Source: an uncultured virus (IMG/VR IMGVR_UViG_3300033148_004307)
Taxonomy: Duplodnaviria > Heunggongvirae > Uroviricota > Caudoviricetes
Length of the DNA stretch: 64,000 nt
IMG/VR virus record: IMGVR_UViG_3300033148_004307
Direction: 5' to 3' (one strand)
Translations under genes and position numbers: made by a program
Part shown: positions 23,212 to 33,842 of the stretch, piece after piece
How the letters are laid out: each line of letters begins with the position of its first letter
Numbering within the stretch: position 1 is the first letter of the stretch
Notes under the pieces: model-generated
What the model was told of the DNA's origin: nothing
The model's database searches: none
Seen by the model: only the letters and a program-made list of their open reading frames with translations

Positions 23212-23460
23212 ATGCAAAATCGTGTATCAGAAAGAATAATGAAAGAATTTATAGAAGAAATGAATCTCCTATTTCAAAAACATAAATGTGTTTTATACTC
23301 TCCAGATAAAATAAGATTATATTATTATCCTAATGGATATAACGACCCTGATGAAAAAATACCAGAGGATGAATACGAAATAGAATTAGCTCAAAATATT
23401 ACATTTGACGATAAAACATTACAATATAAATTTGACTATGGCGATGATATAAAGAAATAA
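23212..23460 (+). CDS. Hypothetical protein sharing its N-terminus with 24373-24621
   Basis: MQNRVSERIM vs MQKRVSERIM. Confidence 0.7.
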   Translation: MQNRVSERIMKEFIEEMNLLFQKHKCVLYSPDKIRLYYYPNGYNDPDEKIPEDEYEIELAQNITFDDKTLQYKFDYGDDIKK

Positions 23461-23484
23461 TATGGATAACAAAATGGTGGTAAT

Positions 23485-23877
23485 ATGACTCATACAGATT
23501 GGCTAGAAAATCAATTGAGATATAAAAACAAAGATATTAAAATAAGTGAATTAGGAAAAATTGTATCCTCAATAATGGGGGAAGTATGGGATGGAATCTA
23601 TCATTTAGATAGAAGTACATATCAACATGAAAGAACAGATTGGAGTAATAATTCTTATATAGAAATGGTAATCTGTGGAGAATTGGCTACATGGGATTTC
23701 AATAAATTAACTAGATTAGTTGTATTATGCCATGATAAATGTGTCCGATTGTCTATTAGTGGGGCATCGAATAACTTTTTAAGATTGATGTTTCACAAAA
23801 GAGAACGTGAAGGTGGATTTTCTGAAAGGCATCCAACATTAGAATATCAAGTTGAACAAATAAGAATGAATGGATAA
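23485..23877 (+). CDS. Conserved phage-type hypothetical protein
   Basis: LATWDFNKLTRLVVLCHD...RHPTLE motif familiar from phage proteins. Confidence 0.6.
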   Translation: MTHTDWLENQLRYKNKDIKISELGKIVSSIMGEVWDGIYHLDRSTYQHERTDWSNNSYIEMVICGELATWDFNKLTRLVVLCHDKCVRLSISGASNNFLRLMFHKREREGGFSERHPTLEYQVEQIRMNG

Positions 23878-24372
23878 CAAATAAAGGAGAAAGTAACAAT
23901 GTGCAGTATGATTGAATTAGAGAAAGAAAATATCAATAGAGTAATCAAATTCAAATACATAATTCAAATACATGGAAATTTTGGTAGAGAATATTTCGGT
24001 TCAGATAACATAGATGATATGAAAAAACTAGAAACATTCTTTGATGAAAAAAAGATACAATGGAATTATTGGGATAAACCATGCTTTACATTTGTTAATA
24101 AAGGTGTAATTACAAGAATTGAAAGAAAACAAATATAATAATTAGGCACTACATAAAGGAACGTGGTAATATGGATGAAAAATATGTAATCATTTGTAAA
24201 AAATGTGGGTGTATCAGGGCAAATAACCCTACAGGGAATAGAGAGATACGAAAAGAACAATGTATGTTATGTGGAACATCAGAGGTATTTGAAAAAGACT
24301 CTGAAGGTGGTACAATAGCTACTAAGTGGTACAGAATGGAAACATTGAACTTTGGAATATAATGGTGGTAAT

Positions 24373-24621
24373 ATGCAAAAACGTGTATCAGAAAGAATAA
24401 TGAATGGATTTAAGGAATTTATAGATGAAAAAGCAGAGGAATATTATCTTAAAATAAATGAGATATTGGAAAATCATAAGGTATTAATCTGTAGTGGATG
24501 CAAACAAAATAAGGTATGTGATATTCAAATAACTCATGTTATGAACAATGGATGCAGATTATTTATTGATGATAAAACCTCAAAACACAGAATCATATCA
24601 GTAGATGAAGCATATCAATAG
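24373..24621 (+). CDS. Hypothetical Cys-containing protein
   Basis: ATG after GGTGGT. Confidence 0.65.
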   Translation: MQKRVSERIMNGFKEFIDEKAEEYYLKINEILENHKVLICSGCKQNKVCDIQITHVMNNGCRLFIDDKTSKHRIISVDEAYQ

Positions 24622-24881
24622 GTGGTACTATGGGATTAGAAGAAAAATTCGATGAAAAGTATGATGCTATCAAAGAATCAATTGAACACAATAAAAAGAT
24701 GGCTATTAAGGGAATTAAGGATGAAAATGTTGAGGAAGCTAGTAGATATATTCACGAATTAAAAAAGAATCTGAATCAACATAGATTATTGAGAGAAATC
24801 AGAGAATCATTTGATACAAGTTAGGCATTACAAATGAGCAAAAAGGTATACTCGATAAACGATTATTAAAATGGTGGTAAT

Positions 24882-25229
24882 ATGGCAGTAATAACAAAAG
24901 AACAATTTATGGAAAAAGCTAAAGAATTGTATGGAGAAAATACAAGTGAATGGAAATTTAAATGTCCAAATTGTAAAAGAGAACAAAGTGCAATATCAAT
25001 AAGGGCAGATGTTGAAAAAGGAATTACACCACAAAGGTATCCTGATATTAAGAAAGGGGATGAATTTAGACCAGAACAGGAATGTTTCTCTCCCGATTGT
25101 AATTGGGTTGCATACGGTTTATTCAATAGTGGATTATTAGTTGTTATAGATGATAGTAAACCACATGATTCAAATCTGAAAAAGAATTGTGTTTATGTAT
25201 TTCCATTTGCAGATTATGAATTTGAATAG
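24882..25229 (+). CDS. VVA0879-like zinc-binding protein
   Basis: WKFKCPNC-x3-QS...CNWVAYGLF. Confidence 0.55.
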   Translation: MAVITKEQFMEKAKELYGENTSEWKFKCPNCKREQSAISIRADVEKGITPQRYPDIKKGDEFRPEQECFSPDCNWVAYGLFNSGLLVVIDDSKPHDSNLKKNCVYVFPFADYEFE

Positions 25230-26790
25230 GTGGTACTATGAAAATAACAGTTAAACAATTAATAAAACTATTGAAGAAATACCCTCAAGATAGTTATATT
25301 GGGATTCAAGCACATGACAATGATGAAAATGAATTGCAATTAATTGTAAGTGGTGTAAGTGATTACAATCCAGAAGAATCTTTTGATAATGATTTTTGTA
25401 GTAATGTCTATGTGGTGTTACATTGAGTAGAGCAGAAAATTCAGGAAATGCTATGGGTAAAGCTATAGTAGAAATGGTGGAATTGATGTATCAAAAAAAT
25501 ACTCAAAAGAATTTCTATGATGGATTAATGGATGAATTAAATAAAGCTAGAATTGGAGTAAATTACTAGGCACTACATTAAGGGGATTATACGATGGCAT
25601 TAAAAACAATTAAAAGGGTTTTCAGATTCATTTCAATGTTAATTTACTTCACAATATTTAATACAAAAATGACTATGGTTCTTATTCTCGGATTGTTAAA
25701 AAGTATGAGAATGGAAGGGGAATTTACAAGTAAAATCAATTTCACATATCTTATCATGTCAGGATGTTATGTAATGACCAATACAAAATCATTAAGATTA
25801 AAGGTGGTAACATAACATTCATAAGATACAATAAGCCATGTGGTTGCATTTATGATGTAAATTGCTTCGGGGCTAGAAGGTATATTCAAAGATGTAAAGA
25901 ACATCGAATAAAACCAATTAAATCGGTTTGGGGATTGAAAAGAAAATAGGTGTTTAAATGATTGATATGAGGACAATGAGCAGTATTAGAAAAGTAAGAA
26001 TAAAAGAAACAAAAGACCTAATCAAAGAAGTATGTGGATACAGGAATAATATCTGTCCATGTGAAATGTGTTTGGACATTAATAAAAATGATTGCATTAG
26101 AAATAGTGTAGATAAACCCTGTCCATGTACTTTATGCAATAAATATTAGGAGTTAGCATGAGTGATACTATATTTTCAAAGATTTTGTGGTGGTTCAAGA
26201 GAGGAAATAAACCAATAAGAAATTGTAATGATTGTGGCGATATGATATATCATGGTGTAAGATGTTTATGTGATGATTGTATAAATGCAATATTTTATCC
26301 TCAAAGGAAAAGGAAATGAGAGTGGAATTATGGATTATTCAACATTATTAAGAAAATCATTAGATGCTAAAAACATTGATTTAGGAAAAATAGGATGGAC
26401 AGAATCACAACCAGATAAAAAAATATTCTCATATATTAGAGGTTATATCTGGAGAAATTTTGGAATAAGAATTAAAGAACCAATGGATTGGATTATTTAT
26501 TTTATGATAACAGAATCACTATCACAACAGATGGATAACAATAAAGGCTAATTGTACCAGAGGTTAATATGATTTCAACTTGGGAAGAATACGATAAAGA
26601 GAAAAGTAAAAAAATCACAAAAATGGAAATGCAAATCACAAAAATACAAATGCTGGAAATAAAGATAATCAACACTAAAAATAAATTAAAAATTCTTGAA
26701 GAAAAATTCCACGATTCTAAGAATGAATTTACAATATGGAATCTTGATACAGAAATGAAGTTAGAAGAATCTATTGGAAAAAGAAATGAT

Positions 26791-26840
26791 GGTAAGTGAT
26801 GTTAAATGCTAGTAAGTGCTAGTAAGTGATTGTAAGTGAT
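26791..26840. repeat. Five 10-bp tandem repeats, consensus nGTAAGTGMT
   Basis: ggtaagtgat gttaaatgct agtaagtgct agtaagtgat tgtaagtgat. Confidence 0.8.
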
Positions 26841-26845
26841 GCAGA

Positions 26846-27022
26846 ATGAATCAAGTATTAATAGAATTGAAATTAAATATAGAATCCAATAGGAAAGCTA
26901 CAGGGAATTGTCCTTTTTGTAATATTATAATAAAACCAGATGATTTTAAAGATGATAAGAGTAAGAGGGAATTTGAACAATCAGGATTATGTCAATCATG
27001 TCAGGATGGATTTTTCGATTAG
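26846..27022 (+). CDS. Zinc-finger microprotein (58 aa, absent from ORF track)
   Basis: CPFC...FKDDKSKREFEQSGLCQSCQD. Confidence 0.7.
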   Translation: MNQVLIELKLNIESNRKATGNCPFCNIIIKPDDFKDDKSKREFEQSGLCQSCQDGFFD

Positions 27023-27023
27023 T

Positions 27024-27668
27024 ATGATAAAAGTTTATTTGTTTAAGGATGTAAAGAATAAGACTAGAATACCCCATAATACACTCGTAGAGCTAGTTTT
27101 ATGGTCTAGGAATAGGAATGTATTGATAAAATATCGTGGAGAAACAATCAAGTCTATGGGCTATCATTTGAGAAAACCAACATTCAAAGAGGTTAAAGCA
27201 GAAATCATAGAACATTTATCATATAAAACTAGAAATATCTCTCCTACTGATTTAAAAATACAATTAAATATATATGGATTTGTAAATATCTGCTTGGGGT
27301 GTGGTGTAGAATTAACAGGAAGAAAAACCTCATGGTGTGGTTCAGATTGTTCAAGTGAATTTACAAATAAGTATATGTGGAATCTTCTAAGAGAAAAATT
27401 GCTAAAGAAAGCAAATCATAAATGTCAATCATGTAATAAAGGAAGTAGTGAGGGGGTTTATTTACATGAAGTACATCATATACACCCAATTGCATTAGGT
27501 GGAAATCCATTTGATGAAGAAAATCTAATAGTATTATGTCCTGATTGTCATTTAGATGCACATGGAGAATTAGGGGTTACTATGAAGGATTATAGGGATA
27601 AAGAATATTATATCAATTATGCAAAGGAACGTAGTATAAAAACACTAGATAAATTCATGGAGTTTTAA
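27024..27668 (+). CDS. HNH endonuclease with extra zinc finger
   Basis: CQSC...EVHHIHPIALGG...ENLIVLCPDCH; start moved behind upstream stop. Confidence 0.85.
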   Translation: MIKVYLFKDVKNKTRIPHNTLVELVLWSRNRNVLIKYRGETIKSMGYHLRKPTFKEVKAEIIEHLSYKTRNISPTDLKIQLNIYGFVNICLGCGVELTGRKTSWCGSDCSSEFTNKYMWNLLREKLLKKANHKCQSCNKGSSEGVYLHEVHHIHPIALGGNPFDEENLIVLCPDCHLDAHGELGVTMKDYRDKEYYINYAKERSIKTLDKFMEF

Positions 27669-28215
27669 TATGAGATGCAGTAGATGTTATGATAAGCTAA
27701 AGATGGATTTATGGAAAGTAAAAATCAATAGAATTGAGGAACTTTACTGTCCTGATTGTTTTAGGAACGAATGGGGAAATTATATTGAGAATAAAGTACA
27801 AGTTGATGGATTTGTAAAAGTTGATAATGCTAAGATTAAGCTCAAACATTATGAATTGAATGTAAGTTTTAAGAAAATATTTGTAGGGGATTAATATGGA
27901 TTATGAATTGGCAAAGAGATTAGTTATAGAGGTAAAGCAATTTACTTTAGACCAAAATATAAATGTAGATTGTGAAATTTTCCGAAAGGAAGATGAAGAT
28001 TATATAGTTGAAATGAAATAGGCACTACAATGATTGAATTTGAACCAAAGATAATTGATGAATTAGTGGAAGGAATCTCCAATTTAAAGAATTGTGATTT
28101 ATGCACTTTTATTAATGAAACAGAAATAATCAATATCAATGGAAACGAATTAAATATTTGTAAAAAATGTAAAAGGTTTAGAGATTCGATATTCGGAAGC
28201 CCTTAAATGACTCGT

Positions 28216-28311
28216 AGGGTGGGGTAAAAGCATGATATGTGTACTCGAAAACACCTTTTTCTATTAATCCTGTGTTATTGAGAAAGTATTTTATAGTTCT
28301 TAGGCACTACA
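28216..28311 (+). promoter_or_regulatory. Promoter: G-rich box + BRE/TATA + motif A
   Basis: AGGGTGGGGT 28216, AGAAAGTATTTTATAGTTC 28281, TAGGCACTACA 28301. Confidence 0.6.
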
Positions 28312-28330
28312 TGGTATTAGGTGGTAAATC

Positions 28331-28531
28331 ATGGTTAAAGCTAATAATCAGAATAAGATAGGAATTGCATTTACGGTATTCATTTTTGGAATAATAGCTA
28401 TGTATATTTCAAGAATGTTAATTATATATGTATTGCCAAGTTTGAGTACAACATGGGTACTCGTAGGTTCTATAGCATTATCTGTTTGGATTGTATATCT
28501 TGGACTATCACAGATAGAAATCGAATATTAG
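28331..28531 (+). CDS. Small two-TM membrane protein
   Basis: Two hydrophobic helices, RBS GGTGG. Confidence 0.7.
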   Translation: MVKANNQNKIGIAFTVFIFGIIAMYISRMLIIYVLPSLSTTWVLVGSIALSVWIVYLGLSQIEIEY

Positions 28532-28539
28532 GTGGTTGT

Positions 28540-28749
28540 ATGGTAAAAGCAACATTCACAGAGGCAGTAATGGAAGATACATGGTGGATATTTTTATTTT
28601 CATTTTTTTACCTATTCGCTGGATTTATGGGGTGGATGTCAGCATTTTTACAAACAAACTCTAATGCAGATACATTAATTATTTTTGTTGGAGTGATAGG
28701 GATACTAATTGGAATGGTATCATCATTAAAATATATTAACGAATCATAA
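28540..28749 (+). CDS. Small two-TM membrane protein
   Basis: ATG after GGTGG; starts MVKA like upstream gene. Confidence 0.7.
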   Translation: MVKATFTEAVMEDTWWIFLFSFFYLFAGFMGWMSAFLQTNSNADTLIIFVGVIGILIGMVSSLKYINES

Positions 28750-28774
28750 CATCAAAGAACAATATTTAGCATCT

Positions 28775-28877
28775 AGGGTGGGGTCAAACACCGATTTTAC
28801 CTCACTTAAACACTTTATTTTCTTAATGAATCAATAATCAGAAAGTATTTTATAGTTCAAAATAGTTAGGCACAACA
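28775..28877 (+). promoter_or_regulatory. Second copy of the G-box/TATA/motif A promoter
   Basis: AGGGTGGGGT 28775, AGAAAGTATTTTATAGTTC 28840, TAGGCACAACA 28867. Confidence 0.6.
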
Positions 28878-29017
28878 ATGATAGAAAGTGATAATTTAAT
28901 AGTATTAGGAATTTGTGAATTATGTTTAACATCAAATATATTAGAAAATACAGAATATAATAATAAAATATTGGGTTTATGCCAACATTGTAAAAAATTA
29001 TTTAATCGGGGTTTTGA

Positions 29018-30409
29018 ATGAGTTATTTTAGAGTAAAGAAAATAAAGAAGCATGGGAATATTTACACTTACTATTATCTGGTCGAAGGTTATCGAGATAA
29101 AGAAGGAAAGGTAAAGCAAAGAGTATTGGAATATTATGGCACTAATAAACCAGAAGGATATAAACCAAAAGGAAAGAAGAAAATGAAAGTCAAAGTAGGC
29201 ACTACAAAGAAAAAAGAACCAATCAAGAGAACTGAACTAACAGATGAAGAATCAGATTTCTTAGAAGAAACGATTGATGATGATAATGAAGAATTTAAAG
29301 ACCAAATGAAAGAAGAAATTGATGATTTGAAATATGAAATGAAAGAAGAAATTGAGGATGTATTTGAAGGACTCAAAGAATCCTGTAAAGAAGAATTAGA
29401 TTATCTCAAAGACCAATTTAAAGATAAAGAAATTGACAAAGATTGTTATGAGGAAGAAAAAGAAGCACACAAACAAGCACTTAAAGATGATATTGTATCA
29501 GAAAGGGATAGAATCAAAGAAGAATATCAAGAATCCTTCCAAGAAATTAAAGATAAATATAAAGATAAATTGGAAGAAAGAAGAAAGGAATTGAAACAAG
29601 AAATCTTAGATGGTAAACACGAAGAACAAATGACTAGAGAAAATAAAGAGATGGAAAAAGAATATGAAGAACGACAGAAAGCACAATCAAAAGATATACT
29701 AGGCACTACAAAAGAAGTTAGTTTTAAGGATTTAAACGATAAAGAAAAATTAGTATTGGCAGAGCTTGAAGAATCAGCAAAAGAACAGGGATATGATTTC
29801 GGAATTACAGAGGATGTAGATGGAAAGAAATTAGGAATGACAGGAAAACAAATATCAGGATACATTAGCCAATTAGTACAAAAAGGATATATACAATCAT
29901 ATCCAGAGGATAAACAAAAGGGATTCACACAATTTGAGTTCAATGATAAATATTGGATGGCAAAGGCAAAACAAAGAACCCCACTAACATCCCCAATAGA
30001 GTATTGGGAGAATCAAATTGAAGAATTGAAAGAGGAATCAGATAAGTATGGGAAAAAGGAAGTAAGGATAAGATTACCAGAGGCAAAACGTATTAAAAAA
30101 TTGTTAGACTCTGGAAAACCACCAATCAATGAGGGTCAAAAACCAAAAGGATTCGATAAACTGTGGAAAGAGGGGATTAAGAAATATCCAGAATTAGAAT
30201 ATGTTACACATATTAACATCAAACCTAGTAAAGAAATGTTAGGTGGATTGGGATTAGCTAATGTCGATTTTTCTGGAAATAGAGTTGAATTTAATATCAA
30301 TGAAGAAATCAAAACACCTGAATCAATAATGCAACAATTTGAACATGAATCTAAGCACATTAAAGAATACATCGTAGGAAAAGAAATAACACATAAAAGA
30401 AGATACTAG
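29018..30409 (+). CDS. Leader-family-2 modular protein: beta-rich N-domain, acidic coiled coil, wHTH, HExxH domain
   Basis: YYYLV-x3-R-x3-GKVKQ-x4-YYG; QISGYISQLVQKGYI; FEHESKH. Confidence 0.75.
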   Translation: MSYFRVKKIKKHGNIYTYYYLVEGYRDKEGKVKQRVLEYYGTNKPEGYKPKGKKKMKVKVGTTKKKEPIKRTELTDEESDFLEETIDDDNEEFKDQMKEEIDDLKYEMKEEIEDVFEGLKESCKEELDYLKDQFKDKEIDKDCYEEEKEAHKQALKDDIVSERDRIKEEYQESFQEIKDKYKDKLEERRKELKQEILDGKHEEQMTRENKEMEKEYEERQKAQSKDILGTTKEVSFKDLNDKEKLVLAELEESAKEQGYDFGITEDVDGKKLGMTGKQISGYISQLVQKGYIQSYPEDKQKGFTQFEFNDKYWMAKAKQRTPLTSPIEYWENQIEELKEESDKYGKKEVRIRLPEAKRIKKLLDSGKPPINEGQKPKGFDKLWKEGIKKYPELEYVTHINIKPSKEMLGGLGLANVDFSGNRVEFNINEEIKTPESIMQQFEHESKHIKEYIVGKEITHKRRY

Positions 30410-30435
30410 GCACTACACTTTAGGAAGGGAATGTT

Positions 30436-31908
30436 ATGAGTTATATTAGATATAAGGAAAAAGCTGGAATTAAGTATTATTATCAAGTTAAAAGTGTGAG
30501 GGAAGGGGATAAGGTAATTCAAAAACACATCAAGTATTGGGGTACTCTAAAGCCTACAGATAAGCAAACAAAAGAAGTAGATGAATTATTCAAGAAAAAT
30601 AGAAAATCAGAGATTAAAAAGAAAGCTAAACCAAAGAAAAAGAAATTGCAATATCCAATATCTCAGATTGATAAGAAATATGACAAATATATCAGCAATC
30701 ATTATTTTGATGAAATGGGAGTAACAGTTAGAGATATAAAAGGACATGGATTAAATATAGAGGGAGTAGATTCAGGTTTAGCAGTAGCATTATTTGAACT
30801 GAATAGAAATGGGTTCAAATCAATGCAATCAATGTCAGGATTGAAAGAAGATTATCAGGGTAAAGGAAAAGAGAGATATTCAGATAATGGTTATATTGCA
30901 TTTCTCAAACAAGAAAACAATTTTTCAGAATTAAGGGTAATTAAAAGTATAGCCGAAGAATCAAAATTACCATATTCCGAAGGGGCTATTTTCGGAATAC
31001 CATCAGTAGAAGTGAGAACAGGAATAACTAATGCTGGAGTATCAACTAATCAAGTTAGAATTGAAGCTGGAAAACAGGCTATGGATAAAATGGGTATCCC
31101 AGAGGAAGAAAGAATTGTTAGCGAACCAAGTATATTTTTCCCTGAAAAAGACCCAAATGATAAATCTCCAAAAGATAGAACAATATTTTTGGATTGGATT
31201 CATCAAAGAGATAAGTTAGAAGAAAAAATAACAGAAAATTATGGTGGAAATATCTCTGATGATGAAATCAAAAAAAGGTGGAAGATATTTACTGATAAAT
31301 TAGTTGAATTTAGGAGAAATAATCAACTAAATAAAGAACAAATCTTAGAAGAATTAAAGGAAAAGAAATTGTATTCTAAAGAAACTCAACCAGAAGTAGA
31401 TAAAGAATACAAAAGAACAATATATTACGATTCAATATCAGAAAATGAAGATGAAATAGCAATCAAATCAGATAAATGGTGGATGCACAGAGTTTTTAAT
31501 GATATGAAAACATTAGGAATGGATACAAGATTAGATGAAAAGAATCAAACGATTAGCTTTAAGAAATTCAAAGAATTAGGCATTACAAATAAGAAGAAAT
31601 TACCCTTCAAAGTTACAGAAAAAAGACAAAAAATGGAAGATAATACAGGAAAACAAATTAAAAACTACTTCGATAAATATCGTGGAAATAAATATTATTC
31701 ACAAATTAAAATACAAACTCCCCAGATAAGAAATATGTTTGATACATTAAAATCGAGTAATGAATACGATAAAAGAAAAGTATCTGAAGGAAATTATACT
31801 TCAAGAGGACAAATAGGAGAATATCTTATTAGATATGATGATAGAAAATTCAGAGTTTATCAACCAAAAAATAGCGAATATTATGAAATAGAAGAAATTG
31901 ATTATTAG
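30436..31908 (+). CDS. Leader-family-2 modular protein
   Basis: MSYIRYK...YYYQVKSVREGDKVIQKHIKYWG. Confidence 0.8.
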   Translation: MSYIRYKEKAGIKYYYQVKSVREGDKVIQKHIKYWGTLKPTDKQTKEVDELFKKNRKSEIKKKAKPKKKKLQYPISQIDKKYDKYISNHYFDEMGVTVRDIKGHGLNIEGVDSGLAVALFELNRNGFKSMQSMSGLKEDYQGKGKERYSDNGYIAFLKQENNFSELRVIKSIAEESKLPYSEGAIFGIPSVEVRTGITNAGVSTNQVRIEAGKQAMDKMGIPEEERIVSEPSIFFPEKDPNDKSPKDRTIFLDWIHQRDKLEEKITENYGGNISDDEIKKRWKIFTDKLVEFRRNNQLNKEQILEELKEKKLYSKETQPEVDKEYKRTIYYDSISENEDEIAIKSDKWWMHRVFNDMKTLGMDTRLDEKNQTISFKKFKELGITNKKKLPFKVTEKRQKMEDNTGKQIKNYFDKYRGNKYYSQIKIQTPQIRNMFDTLKSSNEYDKRKVSEGNYTSRGQIGEYLIRYDDRKFRVYQPKNSEYYEIEEIDY

Positions 31909-32119
31909 GCACTACAATAAAATAACCTTCCCTACAAATCTCTACTCGTAAATAACAATCTAAATAGCCATAAGATAATATTTATATCATTCAGGATACC
32001 GAATTATAATGTATACATCATCCCCTCATGGTGTATACATCAAACCCCCTTTTTTTTGTTATCAAAACTATAGTAAAATACCAAATAAGCCGAATAATGA
32101 TTTTAGACAAGCACAAACT

Positions 32120-32278
32120 ACGCAAAAAATTTTTAAGCGAAGCCTAAAATTTTTTTGCGTTTAATCCATTTTTTCCGACACGCATGGCGTTTTTGCCATG
32201 CGTGTTATTTTTTTATTTATGTGCCTTTAGGCACACCTCTAAGGGCATTACGGTATTTTCGATGCCTATCGAAAATAC
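32120..32278. repeat. Four consecutive hairpins
   Basis: 32120-32160, ACACGCATGGC/GCCATGCGTGT 32178-32205, GTGCCT/AGGCAC 32221-32234, GTATTTTCGAT/ATCGAAAATAC 32253-32278. Confidence 0.85.
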
Positions 32279-32502
32279 AAGAAAAAACGTAGATGTGAAA
32301 TTTTAGTGAAAATTGAACAAAAAAATCCCCGAAAAAAAATTGCCCTAAAACTGTTAGTTTATAGTCGTGAAATCGTCAGTTTATTGGTAAAAACTGTTAG
32401 TTTATATGCCTGTTTTGTTCGGATAAAACCTGAATATTGTTAGTTAAAAAAAAGTTAATGTTAGGCTAAAAATAAAATGCCCTGACCCAGATATAATTTT
32501 TT

Positions 32503-32881
32503 TGTATACGAATTTACCTTTAATTACGAGAAAGCTCATGTATACAAATATTTTGACCTATGAAAATGCCTGTAGCTCTTAGGAAAATTCGATTTTAGGG
32601 TACTATTGGCTTATAGAATCGCAAAGCCTTACAATTCAGGCAGATGTAAGCCCTACCCTTCTTTTCATCTATTATGGTCTTAAATTTGCTCTTTAAATCT
32701 CTATAATAAATAGGATACAATCTCTCTTTACAAATTCTGCATTTTGGTTTATAATTGTTCATCAAAATCAAGAGTAAATAATCTTGATGGTTTATATATA
32801 TTTGTATACGAATTTACCTTTAATTACTAGAAAGCTCATGTATACGAATTTACCTTTAATTACTAGAAAGCTCATGTATAC
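32503..32881. repeat. 36-bp direct repeat TGTATACGAATTTACCTTTAATTACKAGAAAGCTCA x3
   Basis: Units at 32503, 32803, 32839, each followed by TGTATAC. Confidence 0.9.
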
Positions 32882-33378
32882 AAAAAATAATTGAGAATAC
32901 AAATGCCGTAAGCTCTTAGAACATTTCATTTAATGGCATAAGGGAATTTTTTGAGGTTAAAATGTAGAAAAAAGTAGGGGCTACTGATGGTAACGAGAAT
33001 TGGCAATCTCACATGAAGCAACCCCTAATTAATATTATAATTTTAAAAATATAAAAAGATTTTGTTTATTTATTGTAAAATTAAGATAAAAAGGATGGGT
33101 GGAATTGAAAAAAATTAACACCAATCAAGTTTTGACTCTCCACCCAATAATTATTTGTATATAAGTTCTGGTTTATATATCTTCCTGTGTTACTGAAATA
33201 ACTCCTTAGACCCCCAGATGATATAGTGTGTATTATTAATTTAGTTACAAATGTAACTCTAATGTAACTTTTCGGAAAAAAAAATTCGGAAAAAAGCCAA
33301 AAAAAGCCCCAAAAATGCAAATATTTGTATACGAAAATGGTTCAAATTTCAATTATATTTTTTAAAAATAAATATTAT

Positions 33379-33779
33379 CTGTTCGGTCTTATATAATTCT
33401 GGTTACTGTTCGGTCTTTTTACTGTTCGGTCTTTTTTTACTGTTCGGTCTTTTTAGCATCTGGATAACTGTTCGGTCTTTTTTACTGTTCGGTCTTTTTT
33501 TACTGTTCGGTCTTTTTAGCATCTGGGTACTGTTCGGTCTTTTAGCATCTGGATAACTGTTCGGTCTTTTTTACTGTTCGGTCTTTTTACTGTTCGGTCT
33601 TTTTTACTGTTCGGTCTTTTTAGCATCTGGGTACTGTTCGGTCTTTTTAGCATCTGGATAACTGTTCGGTCTTTTTTACTGTTCGGTCTTTTTACTGTTC
33701 GGTCTTTTTAGCATCTGGATAACTGTTCGGTCTTTTTTACTGTTCGGTCTTTTTACTGTTCGGTCTTTTTACTGTTCGG
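33379..33779. repeat. Iteron-like array: 20 copies of ACTGTTCGGTCT(T)n with six AGCATCTGG(AT/GT)A inserts
   Basis: Directly visible; ends about 60 bp before the Rep-like start. Confidence 0.95.
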
Positions 33780-33842
33780 AATCAAAAAATTATATATAGT
33801 AGAAAAAATATTGCAAAATTAACACCAATTGAGTGATGTGCG

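Larger units (their letters stand above)
31920..33842. other. Putative replication origin/control region
   Basis: Only long non-coding stretch; hairpins, direct repeats, AT-rich tracts and iterons directly upstream of Rep-like gene. Confidence 0.7.

Noticed and set aside
26940..27023. N-terminal extension of the HNH gene
   Set aside because: Overlaps a better-supported Zn-finger ORF (26846-27022)
29018..30409. IS1634 transposase
   Set aside because: Only the short N-terminal domain resembles it; no DDE core or terminal inverted repeats seen
33379..33779. CRISPR array
   Set aside because: Units are tandem with no unique spacers; inserts are identical; no cas genes
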